NCBI RefSeq assembly: GCF_900289195.1
Contig: NZ_OMOH01000004.1
Coordinates: forward strand, 1 to 32,000
Source of the DNA: Propionibacterium ruminifibrarum
GTDB lineage: Bacteria > Actinomycetota > Actinomycetes > Propionibacteriales > Propionibacteriaceae
Reading direction: 5' to 3'
DNA length: 32,000 nucleotides
Of this stretch, positions 25,924 to 32,000 are shown in pieces. Made by a program: the position numbers and the translations under genes. The notes under the pieces were generated by a model, which saw only the letters and a program-made list of their open reading frames with translations, had not been told where the DNA came from and searched no databases. Position 1 is the stretch's first letter. The number at the start of each line of letters is the position of its first letter.

Positions 25924-27177
25924 CTACCCTGACCACGCCGACGAGTCCTGCGATGACTCCTGGGTCGAGAGCGAAGAGGGGTTCTCGCTCAATTCCGCCG
26001 AACGATCGGACTGTTCGTAGAGCATGGGGGCCTCGAGAACCTGAAGGATCTCGGGCGCCACCCAGGACTCCTGGCCGCCCCTGCCACGTCTGCCGATGCT
26101 GCGCAACCAACCGAGGCCCTCAGCGCGCCGAATCACATTGTGGGCTCCGGCATTCGTGATCCCAAGAGCGTCTTCGACCGAACGCGCCGTCAGATAGGGG
26201 TTCTGCACGATCATCTCCACCAGGCGGGCGAGATGGCCACGAGTCCTGATGGCTTCTTGCCGATACTCCTCGCGGATGCCGATGAGGCGGCGCGATCTGC
26301 GGACCGCGTCATGGGCCTGCTCTCGAACAGCGTCGAGGAAGAAGACCAGCCAGTCCGTGATGTCCCCGCTCTCACGGGTCCGTTGGAGGTGCCCGTAGTA
26401 CTCATCGCGGTGAGTCTCGAAGTAATGAGACAGGTAGAGCAGGGGCTGAGTCAGTCGCTTCCGCTCGGTGAGGATCAAGTTGATCACGAGGCGCCCGATC
26501 CTTCCGTTGCCGTCCAGGAAGGGGTGGATCGTCTCGAATTGATAGTGCGCCATCGCGGCCTGAATCAGAGCCGGCAGAGCACGACCGTCCGCATTGACGA
26601 AGCGCTCCCAGTCGCCCATCAGCGCGGGAAGATGCTCAGGGATCGGTGGCACGAAGACCGCCGAGTAGGGGGTGGCATCGGCTGACCCGACCCACACAGG
26701 AGAACTCCTGAATTGCCCAGGCCTGCGGTTCTCGCCCCGTACGCCCCGCAGGAGGGTCTCATGCACCTGGAGCAGCAGGCGCTGGGTGATGGGGAGCGTC
26801 TTGACCAGGGTGAAGGCCTGTCGGGTTGCCGCGAGGTAGCGCTGCACCTCGCGAGTGGCATCAGTCTTCGCCGCCTCGGTGACCTCGGCCTGGAAGACGT
26901 CTGACAGGGACGTTTGTGTTCCTTCGATCCGTGAGCTGGCAAGTGCTTCCCGGTGCAGATAGGGCCCGATGAGCAGCTGGGGGTCACCGATGAGGATCCC
27001 CAGCCCTTCAAGATTGCCGAGGGCGGCATCGGCCTCCGATAAGACGGTGACGACCGGTTCCGTGAGGGGAGCCCGCCTGGGAAGGGGTTTGGGAAGATAG
27101 TACGTGAACGCATACTTGTTCCCCGGACCCTGCACAGGCGAACCGAACACGCTGTCCACGAAACGCGTCGCATCCAT
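25924..27177 (-). CDS. Fic-family protein (putative AMPylase) of class II type, with an N-terminal inhibitory helix motif and a C-terminal winged-helix-like region.
   Basis: Fic active-site motif HPFLDGNGRIGR. The inhibitory motif (S/T)xxxE(G/N) is present as SSRIEG, N-terminal to it. The start was chosen at MDATRFVD (27177); the 11 upstream track codons are a translation of the repeat element. The C-terminal tail is Ser/Gln/Glu-rich. Confidence 0.88.
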   Translation of the reverse strand: MDATRFVDSVFGSPVQGPGNKYAFTYYLPKPLPRRAPLTEPVVTVLSEADAALGNLEGLGILIGDPQLLIGPYLHREALASSRIEGTQTSLSDVFQAEVTEAAKTDATREVQRYLAATRQAFTLVKTLPITQRLLLQVHETLLRGVRGENRRPGQFRSSPVWVGSADATPYSAVFVPPIPEHLPALMGDWERFVNADGRALPALIQAAMAHYQFETIHPFLDGNGRIGRLVINLILTERKRLTQPLLYLSHYFETHRDEYYGHLQRTRESGDITDWLVFFLDAVREQAHDAVRRSRRLIGIREEYRQEAIRTRGHLARLVEMIVQNPYLTARSVEDALGITNAGAHNVIRRAEGLGWLRSIGRRGRGGQESWVAPEILQVLEAPMLYEQSDRSAELSENPSSLSTQESSQDSSAWSG

Positions 27178-27250
27178 GACGCCAAAGTTACAACGAAAAA
27201 CCGTTTTCATTGGAACTTCGCACCGAGCATGTCACGTACGTTGGAAGTTC
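27174..27250. repeat. Direct repeat copy 2 (~77 bp). It contains a degenerate version of the palindrome (27183-27220) and spans the Fic start codon and 5' leader.
   Basis: caaagttacaacgaaaaaccgttttcattggaacttcgcaccgagcatgtcacgtacgttggaagttc aligns with 25693-25760. The shared ccatgacg upstream shows a 2-nt indel between copies. Confidence 0.8.
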
Positions 27251-27437
27251 CCCATGCGTGGCTTGACGAGGCCGACCGAGAAGCAACGGGAGCACCGTAC
27301 TGCGGGACGGTGCGCTGGGCCCGTCATGACGCCCGTGACAACCGGGCAATCCCTCACAAGGGGCCTGCCCGCCCACCCGCACGCCGCAGGGCTTGTTCCA
27401 TGGCGATCCTCGTGAATGGGATGTTGAGCGGTGCGGC

Positions 27438-27596
27438 TCAACTCTCGGTAGTCTCTTCCTCCCTAAGACGCGACTCCCGTTCCCGTCCGGCCGCCTCGCG
27501 CTCCATCCCGGCGAGCTGGCTCTCGAGGTACTGACCGCCGGGCACATGACGCAGCACGCGACGTCCGCTGTGGTGATCCAGGGTGGCGCGCGCCTT
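27438..27596 (-). pseudogene. Orphan duplicate of the ispD 3' end, i.e. a C-terminal tail fragment.
   Basis: 27491-27596 matches 28342-28447 with only about 3 mismatches by manual alignment. It translates to KARATLDHHSGRRVLRHVPGGQYLESQLAGMEREAA, almost identical to the IspD tail, and then diverges to its own stop at 27438. No IspD catalytic region lies upstream of it. Confidence 0.65.
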
Positions 27597-27678
27597 ACGG
27601 ACCGCGTTACCCTCGGGAGCCTCCGCCCGCCCGCAACCACTTGAACCATTTCGCCCGTTGTTCCGTGAAGGAGTCCTC

Positions 27679-28239
27679 ATGAAGACCACTGTCCTCGTCT
27701 TCCACCCCCGCCTGAACGCCGACTCGCGCGTCAACGCCCGCCTGGCGCAGGCCGCCCGAGCCGTCGAGGCCCCCGACGCGTCCGTCGAAGTCCGTGACCT
27801 GTACGCCCTCTACCCGGACTTCCGCATCGACGTCGAGGCCGAGAAGGCCGTGCTGACCGCAGCTGACCGCATCGTCTGGCAGTTCCCCATGTACTGGTAC
27901 TCCACCCCCGCCCTCTTGAAGCAGTGGGAGGATGACGTCCTGGAGCACGGCTGGGCCTACGGCTCCACTGGCACCGCTTTGCACGGCAAGGAGCTCGGCA
28001 TCGCCGTCTCCCCCGGCGCTCCCGCCGAGCGCTACGACCACAGCGGCGCATTCCACTACACGGTCACCGATCTGCTGCGCCCGCTGCAGGCGACCAGCAA
28101 CCTGATCGGCACCCGCTTCCTGCAGCCCTTCATCACCACCGGCGCCATGGCGATCTCCGACACCGACCTGGAGGCGCAGGCCGACGCCTACTCGGCGTGG
28201 CTGACTGGAGAGGTGCCGACACTCGGCGACTTCGAGTAG
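27679..28239 (+). CDS. Flavodoxin-like-fold NAD(P)H oxidoreductase (KefG/YwrO/general-stress-protein-14 type).
   Basis: MKTTVLVFHPRLNADSRVN..., IVWQFPMYWYSTPALLKQWEDDVLEHGWAYG and GKELGIAVSPGA are typical of the Flavodoxin_2 / NAD(P)H dehydrogenase (quinone) family. A GAAGGAG Shine-Dalgarno lies 5 nt upstream of the ATG. Confidence 0.85.
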   Translation: MKTTVLVFHPRLNADSRVNARLAQAARAVEAPDASVEVRDLYALYPDFRIDVEAEKAVLTAADRIVWQFPMYWYSTPALLKQWEDDVLEHGWAYGSTGTALHGKELGIAVSPGAPAERYDHSGAFHYTVTDLLRPLQATSNLIGTRFLQPFITTGAMAISDTDLEAQADAYSAWLTGEVPTLGDFE

Positions 28240-28267
28240 GTCCGCCGGCCCTCCTCGGACGCGGGGC

Positions 28268-29137
28268 TCAGGCCTCGGCAGCGTTTCCGTCGCGGGAACG
28301 CTGCCCCTGCTCACGCTCGGCCGCCTCGCGCTCGCGTTCCGCGGCCTCGCGCTCCATCCCGGCGAGCTGGCTCTCGAGGTACTGACCGCCGGGCACATGA
28401 CGCAGCACGCGGCGTCCGCTGTGGTGACCCAGGGTGGCGCGCGCCTTCCACAGGGCCTCGGCGATCGTCATGTCGGTCGGCTCGGTGACCTTCATCGACA
28501 TGCGCGAGCCGGGCACCAGGACCACCTCGTAGCCGGCCAGTTCCGCGCAGGAGACGTCGTCGGTGAACTGCTCACCGGCAGCGGCCATGCGCTCGTGGGC
28601 GGCCCAGATGACGTCGAGTGGGAAGCCCTGGGGCGTCTGCACCGCCCGGAGGGTCGAGCGGTCGACCGGGCGACTGTCCCCCTGCCCGCCGAGAACGCGG
28701 ATGGAGTCGACCACGTCGATGACCGGGGCGACCGCCTGCGCCCCGCCCCGCACGGCACCGATGATGTCCCCGACGACATGGGCGGGCACCATCGGGCGCA
28801 CGGCGTCATGGATGAGCACGGCCTCGGCCCGGCTCAGCTCCCGATCTGCACGAATGGCCCTCAACCCGTTGTGCGCCGATTCCTGACGACTCGCACCGCC
28901 CGGCACCTGAATGATGGGGATCGGCAGGGCCGCCTTGGTCAGGCTCAGTTCCCGAGCGACCTTGTCGTTCACGACGACGACGGCATGCGTGCAACCACCG
29001 GCTGCCATGGCCTCGATCGACATGTTCATCAGCGCATGGCCGGTGATCTTCAGGGCCGGCTTCGAGACCGGACCCCCGTACCGGACGCCCAGACCCGCGC
29101 CGAGGATGACGGCGACCACTGGCTGTGACATGGCCAT
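28268..29137 (-). CDS. ispD: 2-C-methyl-D-erythritol 4-phosphate cytidylyltransferase with an unusual ~55-aa charged C-terminal extension.
   Basis: VVAVILGAGLGVRYG, VLIHDAVRPMV, VQTPQGF and KVTEPTDMTIAEAL are IspD motifs. The start is at 29137 or 29131; the GTG at 29182 gives an atypically long N-terminus. The tail HHSGRRVLRHVPGGQYLESQLAGMEREAAEREREAAEREQGQRSRDGNAAEA extends beyond the usual fold end. Confidence 0.9.
   Translation of the reverse strand: MAMSQPVVAVILGAGLGVRYGGPVSKPALKITGHALMNMSIEAMAAGGCTHAVVVVNDKVARELSLTKAALPIPIIQVPGGASRQESAHNGLRAIRADRELSRAEAVLIHDAVRPMVPAHVVGDIIGAVRGGAQAVAPVIDVVDSIRVLGGQGDSRPVDRSTLRAVQTPQGFPLDVIWAAHERMAAAGEQFTDDVSCAELAGYEVVLVPGSRMSMKVTEPTDMTIAEALWKARATLGHHSGRRVLRHVPGGQYLESQLAGMEREAAEREREAAEREQGQRSRDGNAAEA
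28342..28447. repeat. The 106-bp repeat copy inside the intact ispD 3' end, partner of 27491-27596.
   Basis: Manual alignment shows near identity, with 3 mismatches noted. The right-hand boundary is sharp (27596 / 28447). The left-hand boundary is fuzzy because of an internal ~21-bp tandem unit (gccgcctcgcgctcgcgttcc / gcggcctcgcgctccatccc). Confidence 0.8.
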
Positions 29138-29192
29138 GAGTCTGCCACAGGACGCCGGCGTCCCACTGGCCGGGCTCTGCACCCCACATCAC

Positions 29193-29297
29193 ATATGCAT
29201 TTATTTGCATATAAATCTGCTATTGCAAAACAATGTGCAGTGTGAGACGATCGCAGTAAACCCGCACATCTTTCCAAAGTTATGCAAATTAATGCAT
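29193..29297. promoter_or_regulatory. AT-rich divergent control region with two ATGCA-N6-TGCAT inverted repeats (candidate operator sites).
   Basis: ATATGCA-tttatt-TGCATAT at 29193-29212 and ATGCA-aattaa-TGCAT at 29282-29297, the latter 22 nt upstream of the ATG at 29320. This is a strongly AT-rich island in a ~70% GC background, lying between divergent ispD and the TIM-like gene. Confidence 0.4.
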
Positions 29298-29319
29298 CAT
29301 GAGATGAAAGCCAGGGACC

Positions 29320-30024
29320 ATGAGCACAGCAACGACGCAGCCCATCACCGGACCATTCCTCATCGTCAATCCGAAGGCCTACCTCGGCAGCAGCGACACC
29401 CTCAGGCTCGCCCTGCTCACCGATGAACTCGCGGCCCAGTTCGAGACCGACGTCATCTTCACCGCTCAGCACGTCGACCTGCGCATGGTCGCCGAGCGGA
29501 CCAGCAATTTGTGCGTGACGGCGCAGCACATGGACCCGATCGTCAAGGGACGCGGAATGGGCCACATCCTGCCCGAGTCACTCGTCGAGGCCGGCGCCCG
29601 GGCCGTGGTGCTCAATCACGCCGAGCACCAGCTCTCGTTGGCCACACTCGACGCCACCATGGAACGCGCCCGCGAGGTGGGTCTGGCCACCGTCGTCTGC
29701 GCCGACACCGACGCCCAGTGCAGGGCGATCGCCACGATGGGCCCTGACATCATGATCTGCGAACCCACCGCCGCGATCGGCACCGGCACGATGGACGCCG
29801 GCGACTACATCGAACGCACCACTCGGATCGTCAAGGACGTCGACCCGGGCATCCTGGTCATCCAGGCCGCCGGCGTGACCGGGGCCGACGACATCGCCCG
29901 CGTGCTCGCCCAGGGCGCCGACGGCTCGGGCGGCACGAGCGGCATCGTCAAGCACCCCGACTGGCGTCAGGTGCTGACCGAGATGTTCACCGTCATCGCC
30001 GAGCACAAGAAGTCTCATTCCTGA
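29320..30024 (+). CDS. Short (archaeal-type, 234 aa) triosephosphate-isomerase-family protein.
   Basis: LIVNPKAY (the N.K motif), VVLNHAEHQ (equivalent to the catalytic His region) and ICEPTAAIGTG (catalytic Glu region). Its length of ~230 aa contrasts with ~250 aa for bacterial TpiA. The substrate is unknown. Confidence 0.75.
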   Translation: MSTATTQPITGPFLIVNPKAYLGSSDTLRLALLTDELAAQFETDVIFTAQHVDLRMVAERTSNLCVTAQHMDPIVKGRGMGHILPESLVEAGARAVVLNHAEHQLSLATLDATMERAREVGLATVVCADTDAQCRAIATMGPDIMICEPTAAIGTGTMDAGDYIERTTRIVKDVDPGILVIQAAGVTGADDIARVLAQGADGSGGTSGIVKHPDWRQVLTEMFTVIAEHKKSHS

Positions 30025-30093
30025 GCCCAGTCCATCCCCCAGGGCCCGCACAGCCGCTCCGGCCCACCTGACCTCAGCCATCAAGGAGTCACC

Positions 30094-30942
30094 ATGATCA
30101 TCGGCCTTCCCGAGGCGCTCTCCTACGCGGAGCAGCACAACATCGGTCTCGCCGCCATCAACACACCGTTCTTCGAGGGCCTGCTCGGCGTCATCGACGT
30201 CGCGGAGCGCTCCGACGTGCCCATCATCCTGCAGTTCGCCCAGGTGCACGAGCCCATCGTCTCGATCGAGGACATGGGGCCGGCAATGGTGGAACTGGCC
30301 AAGCGCTCCAGCGCCCCGTTCGTCCTGCACGTCGACCACGGCTTCGACATCGACTACATCCGCAAGGGTCTGGACATCGGCTTCAACTCGGCCATGATCG
30401 ACGGTTCGAAGCTGGACTACGACGAGAACGTCCGCGTCACCCGTGAGGTCGTCGAGCTGGCAGGCGAGCGCGGCATCGGGGTCGAGGGCGAGATCGGTGT
30501 CATGACCGGCAACGAGAACGGCGACCCCGACCAGGGCGTCGCCGACGCAGCGCTGTACACCGACCCCCAGGTGGCCGCCGACTTCGTCAAGGCCACCGGC
30601 GTCACCGCGCTGGCCGCCTCGTTCGGCACCGTGCACGGCGTCTACCGCCGCAAGCCGAAGCTGAACTACGAACTCATCGCCCAGCTGCGCGAGGCCACCG
30701 GGGTGCCCATCGTCATGCACGGCGGATCGGGCCTGGAGCCGCGGGAGTACCAGGAGTGCATCCGCCACGGGGTACGGAAGATCAACTACTACACCTACTC
30801 GGCCAAGGCGGCCTACGACGCGTGCCTGCCCCTCATCGAGGACCCCAATGTCATCCTCTTCTCCAATCTCGCCAGGGCAGCGCGCAATGCGGTCGCAGAG
30901 GACGCGCAGAAGTTCGTCGACATCCTCAAGGCCACCGCCTGA
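30094..30942 (+). CDS. Class II ketose/fructose-bisphosphate aldolase family protein.
   Basis: LHVDHG, GVEGEIGVMTG, SFGTVHGVY, VMHGGSG and KINYYT are class II aldolase metal- and substrate-binding motifs. An AAGGAG Shine-Dalgarno lies 6 nt upstream. Confidence 0.88.
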   Translation: MIIGLPEALSYAEQHNIGLAAINTPFFEGLLGVIDVAERSDVPIILQFAQVHEPIVSIEDMGPAMVELAKRSSAPFVLHVDHGFDIDYIRKGLDIGFNSAMIDGSKLDYDENVRVTREVVELAGERGIGVEGEIGVMTGNENGDPDQGVADAALYTDPQVAADFVKATGVTALAASFGTVHGVYRRKPKLNYELIAQLREATGVPIVMHGGSGLEPREYQECIRHGVRKINYYTYSAKAAYDACLPLIEDPNVILFSNLARAARNAVAEDAQKFVDILKATA

Positions 30943-30967
30943 ACCCCCAGACACTGAGAGGAGCACC

Positions 30968-31498
30968 ATGACCGTCTACCACGCGGCACTGAAGCTGGAG
31001 TCCCACGGCGGAACACCGAGCTTCATCGACGTCACGAGCCAGGTACGCGAGGCCATCGCCGCCTCGGGCATCACCAACGGCATCGTCGCGGTGATGAGCC
31101 CCCACACGACCTGCTCGGTGTACTACGACGAGTGGGCGCACGACACGGTCGAGGACGGCTCGGACTTCCTCCAGCACGACCTCAACCGCGTCCTGGGTCT
31201 CATCTGCCCAGACCAGACGCAGTTCCCGCCCGCCGACGGCTACTCCTATCCCGGCATCAAGCACTTCGAGGAGGTCGAGAGCTGGCCGAGCGCCAAGGAG
31301 TACCTGCCCGGCGGCGACCGCAGCGCCCTGCTCAACGCGGACGCCCACCTCAAGGCGTCGATCATCGGTTCGTCGCAGACCTTCCCGGTCATCGACGGCG
31401 AACTCGGCTTCGGCGTCACCGGCTACATCTTCTTCGCCGACTGGGACCGCGACCGGGCGCGCACCCGCACCTGCCGGGTCACCGTCATCGGCGAGTGA
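30968..31498 (+). CDS. YjbQ/UPF0047-family protein (secondary thiamine-phosphate synthase-like).
   Basis: FIDVTSQVREAIAASGITNGIVAVMSPHTTCSV and the later ADAHLKASIIGSSQTFPVIDGELGFGVTGYIFFADWD resemble the YjbQ family. A GAGAGGAG Shine-Dalgarno precedes the ATG at 30968. It is longer than the ~140 aa I expect for typical members. Confidence 0.75.
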   Translation: MTVYHAALKLESHGGTPSFIDVTSQVREAIAASGITNGIVAVMSPHTTCSVYYDEWAHDTVEDGSDFLQHDLNRVLGLICPDQTQFPPADGYSYPGIKHFEEVESWPSAKEYLPGGDRSALLNADAHLKASIIGSSQTFPVIDGELGFGVTGYIFFADWDRDRARTRTCRVTVIGE

Positions 31499-31732
31499 CC
31501 TGGCCATTGACCATTTCACACGAATCATGACACTTATTTGACAATTCAATTCAGATAGCGCGGTGTACGTGTCCCCGTGAACCAGGTCGTCGAGGTCAGC
31601 GCCGGACCCGGTTCGTCGACCTGATGGGAGAAGAGCCCATCGAGCACCGCGACCCACGTCATCACCGGTCGGCCCCAGGGGCCCAACCGGTGCATGCACC
31701 ACCCGTCCAGAAAATCCACCGAAGTGAGGCCA

Positions 31733-31996
31733 ATGATGTCCACCCGTGAAGCCACCGTCGCCGCCGCCGAGGGCCTGCACGCCCGCCCCGCCGCAACCTT
31801 CGTCAAGGCCGCCAAGGAGTGCGGCGTGCCCGTCCAGATCTCCAAGGGCGACAAGGGCCCCGTCCCCGCCAGCTCGATGCTGTCCGTGCTCAGCCTGGGC
31901 GCGCACTGCGGCGACACCGTCGTCCTGAGCGCCGAGGGCGAGGGCGCCGAGGAGGCCCTCGACACCCTGGTCGCCGTTCTCTCGGAGGCCGAGTGA
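31733..31996 (+). CDS. ptsH: Phosphocarrier protein HPr.
   Basis: EATVAAAEGLHARPAATFVKAA contains the His-15-type phosphorylation motif GLHARPA. Also present are SSMLSVLSLGA and GEGAEEALDTLVAVL. Length is ~87 aa, and a GAAGTGAGG lies upstream of the ATGATG start. Confidence 0.9.
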   Translation: MMSTREATVAAAEGLHARPAATFVKAAKECGVPVQISKGDKGPVPASSMLSVLSLGAHCGDTVVLSAEGEGAEEALDTLVAVLSEAE

Positions 31997-32000
31997 TGTC

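Noticed and set aside
31499-31732. A promoter call for ptsH from the TTGACA at about 31538, and a small ORF or structured leader in the 234-bp gap.
   Set aside because: No convincing -10 hexamer lies at the proper spacing, and the candidate stems are short and imperfect. The ORFs in this gap (31546..31965 minus, 31132..31530 plus) have noise-like composition.
1-32000. CRISPR arrays, tRNA/rRNA genes, IS elements, integrases.
   Set aside because: No repeat occurs more than twice with regular spacing. I noticed no tRNA-like T-arm (GGTTCGAAT-type) or rRNA-like stretches by eye, and no ORF shows transposase or recombinase motifs. A covariance-model scan would be needed to exclude small RNAs formally.

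Overview
High-GC (about 70% by eye) actinobacterial chromosome segment; the gene content looks Propionibacteriales/Streptomyces-like, but that is inference only. I saw no rRNA, tRNA, CRISPR array, transposase or integrase.

The left 14 kb is a type VII secretion (ESX-like) locus made of two divergent, tightly coupled operons.
- Minus strand (5175 to 24): two deviant WXG100-like proteins, three unknown proteins (358, 109 and 130 aa), and an 857-aa polymorphic toxin. The toxin's C-terminus looks like a GH-E-type HNH/EndoVII nuclease. The toxin cassette has clearly lower GC (about 50%).
- Plus strand (5498 to 14054): a zinc-ribbon/RDD/FHA membrane protein, a 153-aa single-pass protein, EccD, a ParA/MinD-like protein lacking the P-loop lysine, EccC, and a second lysine-less ParA/MinD-like protein with a Pro-rich tail. 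Every junction is a 4-nt ATGA/GTGA overlap. No EccB, EccE or mycosin is visible in the window.

The remaining 18 kb is mostly housekeeping:
- glyA, a DcuA/B-type C4-dicarboxylate transporter, a VanZ-like membrane protein, a DUF2207-like membrane protein and a YpfJ-like zinc metallopeptidase.
- ispF, carD, senX3/regX3-like (phoRP-like) genes and phoU.
- A small rearranged accessory patch: a class II Fic gene bracketed by ~77-bp direct repeats that carry a 38-nt palindrome, and a flavodoxin-fold NAD(P)H oxidoreductase gene bracketed by a 106-bp duplication of the ispD 3' end.
- ispD itself, displaced from carD-ispF.
- An AT-rich operator-like intergenic region, followed by a short-TIM / class II aldolase / YjbQ / HPr cluster.

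All calls rest on reading the supplied translations and the DNA. No database search was run.
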